Positions 26,201-39,146 are shown, numbered from the stretch's first letter. The stretch is 64,000 nucleotides of DNA from Lingula anatina (GCA_051362555.1 CM120644.1:5836954-5900953), one strand, 5' to 3'. Translations and numbers: made by a program. The notes: generated by a model from the letters alone, not told the origin.

Positions 26201-29200
26201 TTAATTTTCAAGTGGCCATTAAAGGAGATTACATAAAACACACGTTCATAAAGTAATTTGCTTAATAATTTTTCAAGTGGCCATTAAATGAGATTACATA
26301 AAACACACAATGAGATTTCATTGTAAAGTCCCCTGGGTATATCTCTCTTAACTGTGTCACATAATTAGAAATCAATGATTATTGTGCAGGTAAATGTTAG
26401 TCATGTTAGTAATTAGACAGCCAGATTTAAAGTTTGAATAGCAGCTTTATTGGAATTTTTTGTTTTGTTTTTTTTACATTTTCTTTTAATTATTTTTCAA
26501 ACACTAGCATCTTCAAGATATCACTTTCAACTCCCAGCCACCAGAAGCACTGTGCATTTTCTTTTTTACCACATAAGGAGTTGTGTTGGTTTTTATGTCT
26601 TTAAACATTGTGTAATTATATTATTTTATGCACTGTCATCTTTTTTCACATATTGGGATTTTCATTATGTGAATTTGAACTCTCACATATGGTCCTGAAA
26701 CTGTAATCTTATTGACCATGTTATTCTGTTGTACATTTTGTGAAATTTTATCTTTCACATACTGGAATTTTCATTGTGGGACTTATAACTCCCAAGGACA
26801 TGTAACATTTAACTTTTATTGATACTACCTGTTGTGCAATATTTGCAACTTGACTGTTCTTTTTGGCAAATAATTAATTTTCTTTCTAAAAAGATTTTTT
26901 TTTTTTTTTGTTATAATCTCTTAAGATATTATTATAAAGTATAGCCATCTATGGATGTCACATGGTCTGATGAAAAGTTCAGATATCAGAATAATAGCTA
27001 TGACTGCCCTTTTTGTAGTAAAACAAAATATATTATATTTCTGCGAGTTGTTTACACTGTTTAAACTCAAGTTGGATGATTCATATCATGGTTATGCACC
27101 TAGACTGAATGGCAGCTTTAGTGGAATATTTTTTTAATTTTTTCTTTAATTTTTAATTTTTCAAACTGGCATTTTTAAGATGTTTTCACTTTTCAGCATA
27201 TATGCAACACTGTAAACACATTTCAAGAAAAAAACGATAGGCCTGTTGTCATGAAACTCGCTGGGGTAATGGATCTCACTAAATTGAGGTCAAGTTTGAA
27301 AAGCGGCATGATCGGGCCACTATTTTAGTAGTTATGCTTTTTTCCCCACTTTTCAGCATATATGCAACACTATAAACAATATAAGGAAAACAGATAGGCC
27401 AATTGTCATTAAACTCACAGGAGTGGTCAATGCTGCTAAAACACAGGTTGAGTTGGAAAATCAGCATAATCGGGCCATTATTTTAGAAGTTATGCTGCTT
27501 TTTTCACATTTCCTCACATTCAATTCTTAGGCATGTTAACAGTCTCATTAGTTAACTTATAAGATACGTAAAAGTGTTTGTTTGACATTTCCTGCATCTT
27601 TACAACATTGTTAGTTGATTTTGTAAAAATAATGGTAAACTTATTATCGTGTATTGTGTAATAAAGTTTCAAAAGTGGAAATAAACTCATGTCATAGCAG
27701 TTTGTCAGATTCAATCATTCACTATGTTCAGAATCTCAGAATGGAAGAAATTGGCTATTTAACACTGCTCTATTGATATTTTTCTTAGTTGATCATATGA
27801 AAATGGCAGTAAACTGTTAATTTTGTTTTAAAAAAAAAACATTTCAGAACAGTGCTGTCTTGTTTACATTTTGGCATTTTCAAGTTGTGACTTTGAAGTT
27901 CCATGGGCCTGAAGACCTCCCCATATCACATTTTCTGAATATCCATGATACTAATATTTTATTATTAAAAATTGATGGTCATTATGCTGTTAAACGTTAT
28001 GTAATATTGCATCAAAAATACTATTTTGGGCACTGCTCCCATGATGACTATTTAAGAAAAACCAGGTCACTTACTGTTCTCAAACTTGCAGGAAAGAAAC
28101 ATGCGACTAAAATACAGCTTCAGTAGGCAATGCAGTCTGTTTGGTAATTCTTACTGCCAGTTAAACAGTTTTTTTTTGTGAAAATTTAATTTTTCACAAG
28201 AAATGCTTGAAGACCTGTGCTAGTCACATTTTCTGAAAATCCATGATACGTTTATTTAATTTTCAAAAGTTGACGGTCTTTATGCTGTTAACCATTATGT
28301 AATATTGCATCAGAATAGAAGAAAACACAATTTTGGGTGCTGCTGCCATGATGACCATTATGGGAAAACCATGTTATTTATGATTGCCAAACTTTCAAAA
28401 AAGAAATACAGGGCTAAAATGCAGCCTGAGTTGGAAAAGTAGTCTAATTGGCTTCTTTTTCTGGAAGTTATACATTTTCAAAGTGTGAACTTGAACTCCC
28501 ATGGGCCTGAAGCCTTATGCTTGTTACACATTTTACTTACATTGGTATTACCTGTTGAGCATAATTAAAATTTAATGTTGAATTTGCAGTTCAACATAAT
28601 GTACTTTTGCATCAGAATTGACAGTAGCCTATTTTGTGCATAGTTATTTCCTGTTTTTTGTCTGTACATTTGACAGCTTTGCTGCCTTGTTTTTCGTTCT
28701 TCATTCTGTTCTGTAGTATCCTCATATCTGGAAAGAAATCAACAGCACATAAAAGGGATACTGAACAATTATGAAAATATTGTGGGAAATGCGTGCGTGA
28801 CTGACGTGATCAAACTGTTCAATCTATTGTGGAATGACACATATATGTAATTTACCGCCTGATTAAGTGGCTGGGGATTTCAACTCATATTTTGAGAAGC
28901 CATGCACACACATATCCATCATATTACTCCTACTAATGTCATAAATGTTTAGTCAATATAAGGTATGATTAGTTTAAAACATTTAAACATTTAATGATTA
29001 TTTTATTATCATCATAAAAAGTTCTCATTGCAATTGTCATAAATAGTTTAATAAAACAACATAGTATATAAAAGTTATAGAATAATTATAGCTAGTGCTT
29101 ATTGCCATATATATTTTCACTTCAGCCCCAGCGGGTGCCCTCCAAACAAACCAGTACTCTGCCGGCTATTACATGCCCCCTAACGGCACCTACCCGCAAC

Positions 29201-29418
29201 AACCGCAGGCATGGGCCCAACCCAACTGGAACATGATGCCGCTAGATGGCAGCACGGCCTCTCCAGGAGGAGCTTTTCCGCAGCCGCCCCCCTACAACCC
29301 TAGCAAGGAGGGCGATGTGCCTCCCCCGTACGCCCCGCCCCCGTACCCAGGGGTAGCACCAGGGGTAGCACCCCAGAATCAGAACGCCTACGTGCCACCA
29401 ACTTCGAGTCCTCAGTAA
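13582..29418 (+). CDS. WBP1/VOPP1/TMEM92-like single-pass membrane protein with PPxY motifs; exons 13582-13632, 19590-19651, 21629-21726, 29126-29418
   Basis: Spliced product MADKGSLTVILLATLLQVCEA (signal peptide) YSCYYYGGCWYTWWYLWFGVFILISCISVCTAACCRQNRQR (aromatic WWYLW lead-in, TM helix, juxtamembrane Cys cluster, basic stop-transfer) and a Pro-rich tail with three PPPY. Intron phases 0, 2, 1 all match. Confidence 0.85.
16738..16778. repeat. (TG)n microsatellite
   Basis: About 20 TG units. Confidence 0.95.
17957..17998. repeat. (TG)n microsatellite
   Basis: About 21 TG units. Confidence 0.95.
19423..19482. repeat. (TTAA)n microsatellite
   Basis: About 15 perfect TTAA units, self-complementary. 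Confidence 0.95.
21743..22003. mobile_element. PIF/Harbinger-type MITE
   Basis: Imperfect TIR ..TCACACTTAGCGTATAG / CTATACGCTAGGTGTGA..; TTA TSD at 21740-21742 and 22004-22006. Confidence 0.75.
22340..22800 (+). mobile_element. Decayed non-LTR retrotransposon (CR1/L2 group) ORF2 fragment
   Basis: Translates to VIISQDLN*KALVNNIYTKANK...EILKIYISDVRPTLEYAVHVLHH*...ESIHKRFLKILYSKISYTDAL*, the post-RT region of CR1/L2-type LINEs, with stops and frameshifts. Confidence 0.8.
23646..28694 (+). mobile_element. Non-autonomous Helentron (HINE/DINE-1-like) element carrying ~161-bp tandem repeats
   Basis: T-run plus subTIR ATGTACAGAC (23651) with nearby inverted copy GTCTGTACAT, (CGCCGT)n microsatellite at 23697-23732, 161-bp repeats (starts 23741, 23902, 24063, 24226, 24388), 3' subTIR GTCTGTACAT at 28660-28669, hairpin GACAGC-TTT-GCTGCC, then T-run. 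Confidence 0.85.
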
Positions 29419-31084
29419 TAAGGGCATATGAAGGTAGTCGAAGTCGTTTGGTGACTGTTGTTGACGTTTCCCTTATTTTGTTTGTTGACCAAGGGAAATG
29501 CGGACACGAAAGAGATTATTATTGTGGAAAGTATATATTATGTATTGTGACCCAAGAGTTCAGGTTTTTTTTAATTATTTTTTTTAATAACGTGGAGTGA
29601 AAAATACATTGAATCAAAAAGAATCATTTTGGCGCCAGAACAATATGTTATTTATGAGAGGGGAGTGTCTATTATGGTACAAAGGGAATTTCGTATGAAG
29701 AATTAACGCATTGTTTTATGGGAATTTAATTATATTATTGTGATAATATTGTACGGCACTTAACACGATGTCCCACATGTAACTTACAGTTGACACAAAA
29801 TGTTGATAGATTTTGTAAAAGCACAGAACAATATTTGGAGGAAGAGAATTGTTTGAGCTGTTAATTTTGAAAAAGTGTCGTTTCAACTTTATGTGAGTCG
29901 TTATTGTTTTAAGTTTTGTAAAAACGTTTTCTTACATTATCCAGTTGGTCTATGCAATTAGAATTTTCATCACATTTTATCGAAAGTTATAGAGGCGTGA
30001 TTTAACTGGATATGTATACTGATTTTATTTTCTGAAAAGCATATCAAATTTCTAGATATAGGTTAATGGTCCGACAGACCATGGGGTAATGGAGAATGCA
30101 TTGCCTTATTTGCTTGATATATAAAACATAGAAACAGAAAGGTAGGGTGTATTGTCATGTGTTTACGATAAGCTTATAAAAACATCCCTATTTTTCAATT
30201 TGGCAAGGAGAAAAGGGGAAAATGAAAATGCTAGACAAAGCTTGAGCGGCTGCTGCATTGCACAAGTCAAGGATGAGATTTTACTTAACAAGTACGCTAT
30301 CAGACTGTAGCTTTCTATTCAGTAACGTTATTCTTGGTTGATTCGGCGTCTGGCAGGTATTGTGTGTTCAAAATCGATAACATACGTTGCGAAACAAAAC
30401 TTCGCGTGACATATAAAATAGCAAAAAAGCAACGGAAGACTTTTCACCTTACTCAAACAGAATTACTACTGCGATTTAGCTGGCGCGTTCATTTCTATAG
30501 AGAAAAAAGAAAACTGCTTCTTACTTTTCAGAAGTCGCCACAATACATCTGAGATGGGTTTTTGATTGAGATAAAAATACTTTTGCCATTTCTGCAAACA
30601 ATATCGAAGTCTAGTACACATGCCTAGTATTCATAGCTGTGTTAATACTCCAATACCAGGAATAATATTATTACCTGGAGTGGCTTAAAGCACATTTTCC
30701 CAGAACCCAGGACGGAATAGATTAACGATTGCTTACCTGACATAAAAAATCTTTCTGTCTGAAATCGATTTAGTCAAGTCACCAGAGCTAGCTAATACCG
30801 GCTATTTTTTCTTGAAGGAATGTAGAAAGAAACCAAATTAAAACAAATTAAAATAGACTGATTGAAGTAGTGAATAGGTTTCAAGAATATATACATGTAT
30901 TACCATAGCAAAAAAGAGACCTTTGGTAGCCGCACAGTTAGTGCAAAAAATATCGTATGCGTTACAGCATAGTTTCATTGCTATGGAATATGTTTTTCTT
31001 ACATTGCACATAAGCATATCAGCAAAGGTGTGATAATTTGTAAATGTGTATTTATAGCGATCACGAGATTAGGAAATGATGTCC

Positions 31085-31088
<4 letters not shown>

Positions 31089-31118
<30 letters not shown>
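31089..31118. repeat. (TA)n microsatellite
   Basis: About 15 TA units. Confidence 0.9.
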
Positions 31119-31122
<4 letters not shown>

Positions 31123-32683
31123 GCATGCCTTTTTGATATATACACGTGCCTTAGCAGTTATCGTGCTCTCCGGACGTATTAGCTAGAAGACAATATGCGA
31201 TTAAGACACAGAAAAATACAGATTCTTAGGTCAGTGGTCGTACCCAGGAGGGGCCGACCTTCTCTTTTAAAGTACACAGAAACTCCAGGGTCCCATGTCA
31301 GTGATACTATAAGTGGCCATTGACATTTGCAAGAACGTAATGGAAAACGGACTACGGTCCCAAGCCAACTGCCACCCTCGTCACCCATTCTTTTTGGTAA
31401 CCTAGTCAACAGCTTAACGCATACATGTGTTATTGTCCAATCAATGAAGTTACTGTCTTCAAGTGATAGGTCTGAAGCTGTTGATATGGCGCAGTGACCC
31501 CCCCCCCTTTTTTTTTTCTACACACCCTCAACATTGTTTGTCCAATAAAGTCTCTGTCTACAGGTAGTAAGTCTGGAGATGCTGATTTAGTCTCTACCTA
31601 AAGTAACGCAGTTACTCTCCCTCCTCTCCCTACACATCCTCAGTCCTTCATCGACATAATAATATAATGGTTAAACTATAGATTTTGTGCTTAATAAATC
31701 TTGACTAATGAAAATGCATACTTAACAGTAGTTTTCAGCGGGTAGGTAGATAGATTTTCACAAGGGATTACATATGTTGTTTCTACATTTGTATTGAATA
31801 TTTGTTATTATGCTCAGAACGGGGCTTAGTCCTGTTGTAACAAACGAATTACATTCCATGATATCTTGATATTTAATAATCTGTAGTCAAATATGCAGTC
31901 TAATTGCTATACATATGTTAGTATATTATAATTGCAAGTTACTTGGCGACTACTTTGTTATTATGTCGCTGAGCGTAAGTTCACAAATATACGACGAGGC
32001 CTAGGTCGATTTTGTTTGGATGACCTTTCCTCGCAGATGTCTCTTTTTCAAATGAGTGGTCGTATGAATACAATATTGGCTTAAAATGGAAAAGAGTCCT
32101 CGACCAGAAAGTAGTAATTACTGAAATGTTTCTAAAAACATGTCATGAAATATTCAAGAATTGCTTTATTTTCTCCGCACTCTTTGTTGTAATAAATATA
32201 TATTTTTATATAAAGAAAATGTGTTTGAATATTAGAGCATCAGAAAAACCCACAGATCTGTTGGTTTTTGTTTGGAAGCCTCAAACTTGAAAGCCATCAA
32301 AGTTGATACAAAATGAAAACACCCCTTTTCTCTCTCAACTTCTTGATCTTCTTTTTCCTCTCTCTCTCTTAACGGAACTCGGCTTTTGTCTGCCCCAGGT
32401 AATCCTATATACTCACATAAAATTAATCTGCAGATGTATGAAAAGGAATAACACTAAATAAAAACTGAAGATAAAACAGAAGCATCATGTGATGTGATTG
32501 GGTGAATAATGGAACGGAAGTTGCTGAGAAAAGAAAAAAATGAAACACGTGGGCCTAATGACAGACGAATGGAACTCTGGGTAGACCAAGCAACAAATTA
32601 ACATAACCAACATGGGAACAAAACTAATATGAAGAATAACTCGCATCGAGCACACCGTTCACGTCAACCCCGCAAACCATCAG

Positions 32684-32949
32684 AGCTCAGTAACTCGAAA
32701 ACATCGCGAATTGCGACCAAGAGCAAGCGTCTCTATTCCATAACTCGGCATTTACTCACCCCAATAATAGTATCGAAATGAGGGGTGGTATCGCTATCGC
32801 ATTTCGCGATGCTTTTGAGCCCTGGGCCCCGTAACCCGAAAGCATCGCGAATGCACATAGAGGCTTCAATGTATTATATGGGGCGAGTATAGGCGAGTTA
32901 TGGAATAGGAACGCTTGCGCAGTGCGCGATGCTTTCGAGTTATGGAGCC
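32684..32949. mobile_element. Tandem dimer of PIF/Harbinger-type MITEs with CWG target site
   Basis: Outer TIRs AGCTCAGTAACTCGAAAACATCGCG / CGCGATGCTTTCGAGTTATGGAGCC flanked by CAG; internal junction GAGCC-CTG-GGCCCCGTAACCCGAAAGCATCGCG at 32821-32825. Confidence 0.7.
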
Positions 32950-33650
32950 CAGGTCGTAAATTTTGCCCCACAACCCTGACATAAATAAATATTATATTTA
33001 CAGTAAAGGGAGGGGACGCCACCTGAACGTGCTCTGGCCGAAAAACCACAAGGTAAAATCGTCCCTGAAACACGTATAGACCCAGACGGAAAACACTTCA
33101 AATGACTGGGGAATAAATCTATATTTCGGTAAACTGGCAGCTTGTGGGTCCGGGTAAATACTACGCCCTTTAACCTTACGACCCTTTTGAATGTTTGCCA
33201 GCTAATAAAAAAGATGAGAGTTATTATCTGGGCTGTCTCTGAAAAATGGCTACAGCTCAAAAACTGGTCTAAACTATTAGGTCAATTATTTGTCCATCTC
33301 GATACTAGATTTACTGGATAACTGTCCAATTAAATGGAATATATATAAAAGAGACATGACTTTTGTTTTCAAAATAATACTTATTTCTTTTAAGAAGACT
33401 ACGGTTGTCCTCTGTCATCGCGCAATGTATAGGCCTAATTTTATCGACAAATGAAAGTTGATTCTGTTTTTACTAATTGAATATCTTCTCTTGTAGTGTG
33501 AGAATTTAAAATGCACTCAAAATGAAATGGATGTGTTTATGATGTCTGAGGACTATTAATCAACAGCATAATAAAACAATCGAAATTTTGACAGAGGGAC
33601 CAAGGCATTGTTTATAGCCCACCCCCGCATACTTAAGAGATGGAAAGCTT

Positions 33651-33657
33651 TATAAAA
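33651..33657 (+). promoter_or_regulatory. TATA box of the lectin gene
   Basis: TATAAAA ~165 bp upstream of the ATG, with an initiator-like GCATTC ~27 bp downstream. Confidence 0.55.
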
Positions 33658-33814
33658 CTCGTCAACTCAGGGCCTTTGCATTCAGACCTGGAAAAGCCGC
33701 CGGCGATCTGAACAAGGCAGGTTTTTGATTCTGCTGAAGCACACCGAAAATTTTACCAAGCGTCGAAATAATATATTCTAATTCGATTTGAATTGCCAAC
33801 GATATTGAATCATC

Positions 33815-34252
33815 ATGAGTTTGGTACGTTTCTATCTTTGGATGGCAGCGACGATGCTGCTCCTAGTGGTCGCCGCAACCTCCGAGGTCAGCGTGGAAGA
33901 GTTAAGCAGACTGATTGAAGATGAGACAAGAGGTGAGGCATGGAATAAATTTCTAATTATTTACAATCAGAATTAGATTCTCAACTGGCAAAGGCTGCCT
34001 AATTTTGGACTTCGTATGAACAAGAAATGGATCACGTCACGCATTTTAGCTTAATTCAGTATTCACATTTGAGCGTTAATCGTAATATTTCAAGTGACCG
34101 TTCGTTCCAAAAACTAAAACTTCGGTTAAAATTAAAGTTACTTTTCACAACGCTTGTTATTAATTGGCCTTAACCAGGTAAATGATTGCATGATGAACTT
34201 TCATCTGGCACTTGGAAAAGACATATTAAAATCGTAACGGGAGAAGTAACTC

Positions 34253-34294
<42 letters not shown>

Positions 34295-34861
34295 AAGTAG
34301 ATATATATAAATAAATGGTTTGAGATATAGGCTATATTTATTCAAATGAAATTTAAAACGTACATAAATTTAAATATAATAATATGAAATTAACAAAAAC
34401 GTTTCTTTGTTTCACCAAACCTCCGCAAATTTTCATCCATCAATTTTTCTTCACTTATTATTAATATTTTTTCAGATATGACAGGAGGACTCCCTTTCGA
34501 TGGAGACATGGATCCAGAAATAGAGGAAGACTCGACGTTAGTTAGTAGCAATGAAGAGGAAGTTGAGGATGAAGAATCCGGAAAAGACGTAAGAGGACTT
34601 GACGTGGACCTAGAGGAGACAGACCAACCCCAGTCTAGAACTGCTGCAGGTATCAACATTTCACATCATAAAAAATATACATTTGATAGTCATCTCTTTA
34701 ATCATAAATGTAAATGAGCTAACCTAATTTCGAGGTAAAGTCTTTATTTATTTATTTTTTTTTTTGTCTTTTCTAAAACTTAAAACCTTTTTTTCTCTTG
34801 AAAAATAATTAATCTTATTATTGAGCTTAAAGGCTACATTAAAAACCCTTTCATTGTGTGC

Positions 34862-34925
<64 letters not shown>

Positions 34926-36488
34926 AGGTTTCAGTTATTGAACTATTTCTTTTTTTGACATTCATTTTGTTATGGAGTGTGCAATAAATACTTTCATCTC
35001 TTTTCATAACTCACTTTATCTTCAGTCACGCGCGTTGTCGGAGTATGCGAGACCAAGACGCTCCAAATGCGCTGCCCAGGCGGGCTCTCAATAACCGTCT
35101 TGGACGCCCTGTATGGTCGAACGCGCCCTGGCGACGACGCATGCCCCCATCCGTCCATCAAAACCACACATTGCAACGCTACAACATCATTTAAACAAAT
35201 GAGCACATTGTGTAACGGGAGGAACGCTTGCTCTGTGAAAGCAAGTAATGGCGTGTTCGGAGACCCGTGTGTCGGAACTTACAAGTATTTGGAAGTCCGT
35301 TTCGGCTGCTTTGGGGGAGGTAGCAGCTTTTTAGTCTTGCTAGATTTGTTTAATGGCGCTCCAGATTAAAAGTACCACAGATAAAAAAGTATTTGCTTAA
35401 TGTAAAAAACGTTAGCAGCTAAATGTATTGGAAAATGGGAATGGTTAATAAATTATAACACAGTTTAAGATTATTAAAAATTTTTTGATCTAAATTCATA
35501 CATAAAACATGCTCATCTGCTTCTGTAAACAAGGTTTAAATACAATTTGTTCTTAAACTATCGTTAACCCTTCATAGCACAAACAGAAATCCTGTGCCAC
35601 TACCATTGGAAATGTACGCATTTTTATTGCAGCGCAACCATCTACCAGCACAATAGTCTCACCCAGCACAACTAGTACAACCAGTTCAGGCACAACTACC
35701 ACAATCATCTCCAAACCCACTGCGCAACCGCGGCCCGCTGAATCAGGTATGCTTACTCTTTGCTTCACCCTATCCCTGGGTGAACAAAGCGTTCGGGCGC
35801 GTTCTGGTCCGTGCATCTCGATTTCGCTGAGTTTATGATATAGTATATGTTTTAAAACTTCCAGGGGGTGGGGATTCCAGATCCATTTTTTTTTTATTGA
35901 AGGATGATTGAAGGATTTTTTTCTCTTTTTTTCTGATGATAATAGCTATCGGATCCACAGTAGGGTCTATATCATTTCAGTGGTTAACAAACTGTTGGTG
36001 TGTGCGCACGAGTTGACGTCATCCAGAAGACTCAGGAAATCACATCATCCAGAAATCACATGTATTTTCTTTTCTTTTTCAACTGACATGGAACTTCCAC
36101 CATTTTTAACAAATTTCATTGTTTTTGCCCGCTGCTCATTGCAAGCGAATCATACGGGGAATTTTATTTTCAGTTGGACTGAAAAAGATTAATCAACAAT
36201 TTTTGCCTTTTAGGTTGCAACAAAAAGATCTGCCGCGTCGACACCTTCAAGTGCACCGTCCCTTGTGGCAGCAAAAAAAGAAAGTCTTGCGGCCGCCTCG
36301 GCAAAGGAATGCAGTACTACTCCATTCGCCCTCTCTGTAGGAGGTGTGAACGCGGGGGGTCTCACGGATTGTCTAATGACAAGCGCTCTTTCTTCGTGAA
36401 CAAATGCTTCGGGGTGTACGAGGTTCGTTACAAGAAGTCTTACAACTGCCACGTTGGTTGTCCATCCGGGGCTTTTGGTTTTAAGTAA
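33815..36488 (+). CDS. Secreted SUEL/rhamnose-binding-type lectin with acidic pro-segment, Ser/Thr linker and Cys-rich C-terminal domain; exons 33815-33932, 34476-34649, 35026-35319, 35633-35746, 36214-36488
   Basis: Signal peptide MSLVRFYLWMAATMLLLVVAATS; SUEL signature CE...L.C...I.V..ALYGR...C...CNGRNACSVKASNGVFGDPCVGTYKYLEVRFGC; four phase-1 GT-AG introns give one open frame. Confidence 0.92.
34866..34920. repeat. Compound (TG)n(GA)n microsatellite
   Basis: Direct reading. Confidence 0.95.
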
Positions 36489-37806
36489 ATTGACTGCTGA
36501 GATGATTTTTAAAAGTCATGATAAGTACTGACGTATCTTTAACGAGTGCGATTTTCGCTTTTCGGCTTTTAGCCTATTGCCTTTATGCATCTCTGATTTC
36601 ATTTTTTCAAAATGTGTTTAGAAAAAATGTGTTGTCATCCAAATACAAATGTAAAGTGCTTTTATGTTTCGATTCAAGCTTTTTTCCATTCAATTACCCC
36701 TTTGCAGTCATGCTATTACTTATCTTAATTCTATGAATTACGGCTTAAATGAAATTAAAAAATAAAGATGCCAATACCCGGAAAAAATCTTTATAAACTG
36801 GCGATGAAGAAAAACAGAAGTGAACTTTGCATGTTAATGTAGTGCTTTAAGGCAACAAATGCCATATACAGTTTGCAGTGTTTTTTTTTTTTTTTTTTCG
36901 TAAGATTCCCTCTGCTTTATGCTGTTATTTTTAGCACCATGTAGTGTTACACGCCTAATACAGAATACATTAAATGGTAATGCTGATCTTGTGTTTTGTT
37001 TTCACTCAAAAAAGAGAGAAATACAGAAGCGCATGTTTAAACGTATATACGTTGATATCACCAAATATTAGGAGAAACTTGTTTTTCATTTTCTTTTGAA
37101 ATGATGAAATATTTCTTAGAAAAGCTTAACTTTTTTCAACATGTAATACGTGACGACTTTGTCCAGTAAAAATCACTGGCTCAGCACAAAATCACTGATG
37201 TTATTCAAACCACTTTCCAATCGGTTGCCCAACTTCCCAAACATTGATTTCTTATTTACCTATCTCATGTTTTCGATGAATAATTCTTTTTTCCCACGTC
37301 CCTTTTCAGACGCCATCGTTGAGAATATATATATTAATTATCATGACAGCGATGCTTTAATATGTTTTGTATGTCAAGCCAAGGTTTCCGTGTGTCATAA
37401 AACGCCGTTGGCTATCCTTGCCAGCGGACATATTGCCGTGTTGATCGGAAGCTCGGAACGTTAAGCATTATCCAGTTTTTATGTTCTATATAAAATGTCT
37501 CAACTTCGAAAGAAAGCAATCATACTTCAAAAAAAAAGTTTTCGTTTTCTGTTGGGAATCATTTTTTTCTTCTGAGGGAGGGGACTTTGAGTCGTGCTCC
37601 ATAAATTATTTCCAAATTATTTCTATGCACCCTGCACATAAAACCTATTTTGCCGAAGGGAGTTCAGTAGTGATAAAACCACAATAACACAAAATTCAGA
37701 GATCGCGGACGGAGAATATTGTCAGGTTTATACTACACTTAAAGGAGTTTGACGCAAACATTGGTTGGTTGGTAGATTGAATTCCAAGGGCAGTCAAACT
37801 TGCTTT

Positions 37807-39146
37807 ATGATGTCGTTCGCTTTTTGGAAACACAGGTATGTGGTTACCTTTGACACACTTTATTCACCTCGAACGCATGCACAATACAGGCCCGTAGCCA
37901 GAAATTTCAAAAGGGGGGTTCTTTTTTTGAAAAAGTGGACCTTTTCCCATAAAAACTTCATGTACCTTGATCCAATTTTACCCAAAGTGGACCTTTTCCC
38001 AGCAAAAGGGGCGGTTCTTTCGAACCCCCCGAACCCTTCCTGGCTACGGGCCTGCAACAGGTTCCTGGTCTTTTTTATGAAAGCATGAATATCCGAAATA
38101 TCGTGATGGTAAACTCTCTATCCCCACCCTCACCCACTCACATTAGCTTCTAATGTACGTTCTTAGGCCATCCTAGTCACCCTAGGACACACCAAACAAA
38201 GACTAGTTTCACTGACATAATCATGAGATGCAATATGTGCACTTTGTCTAAATATCTAGGTCACTGTAAAACGTGAAGGTATGCCTATTGCAGTCTGAAT
38301 TAATAATTTTTTGAAAGCTAAACGTACATTACAGGTCTTTAATCAAATTATAAAATAGGTCACCCTCTACAACCTCCACATCATTCCGACGAAGTGCCCA
38401 TGTTCAACCAGTTTCATACTCACAAAAGCTATAAAATTCATATCTGTACTATTAGGCTACTGTAGTAGCCATGATCATGATACAAATATATGAGTTCCTG
38501 ACAAACTGCCTACTGCTGTCGTGAGAAAAAAATATCAAGTTCTAGGCCTATATAGTCTTGAAATCGAATCTATTGTAGGCCTACAGTAAACGGTGTAGAG
38601 CACATGTAGGCTTCTGAATCAGGCTTCCCCGAATATTTACCGAGCACTGTGCTATAGGCCAACAATTTTGAAAAACGAGGTTAATCTTGAATGTAAAGCC
38701 CGATTGTTTTACGTTATTACAGATCCAGTGCATCTGATTGCGCGCCAACAACTTCCCAAAGATCCCACCGCCACCGCGAACCGAGCCCCCTTCAAGTGCC
38801 GCGCGTTCTTGACGTCATCGGTTGCCATAGAGAACTGACGGTGTGTGGCCATATTGACCTGTTGAAAATGATGCCAATTCGACACCACACCCACAAGCAG
38901 TTGATAGAGGCCTATCTTGCAGACCCGGATAATTACGAAGGGATCCACTCCGATTACTATGATCAGCACTCTAAAATACTGAACTATGGAAGAGGATACG
39001 TCGCAATACGACTCTATGAAGATTTGACGCGACCGGAACTCGGAGAATTTTTGCTTGGAAAGGGGTGGAAAATGATCGGGTATTCAGTCAACAAGGAGCA
39101 TAACAGAACCATCGTGTCCGAAAAGTGGACCAATGTCAAAGGCTGA
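37807..39146 (+). CDS. 150-aa two-exon protein resembling a KCTD-family C-terminal (GFRP-like) domain; exons 37807-37835, 38723-39146
   Basis: ATGATG...CACAG|GTATGT (phase 2) joins TTATTACAG|A in frame with the 38796-39146 ORF. ELTVCGHIDLLKMMP...AIRLYEDLTRPELGEFLLGKGWKMIGYS...SEKW follows the KCTD1/15 C-terminal-domain pattern (LSG..SLIEEVFP...RFPL....LNSVQVLERLQQRGF.IVGS...SEYVL). Confidence 0.65.
37887..38054. mobile_element. MITE with CAGGCCCGTAGCCAG TIRs (hAT5-like)
   Basis: 15-bp TIRs; 5-bp TSD with one mismatch (CAATA / CAACA). Confidence 0.85.

Noticed and set aside
31230-31400. Possible SINE core remnant
   Set aside because: Too degenerate; no A/B boxes or tail could be delimited.
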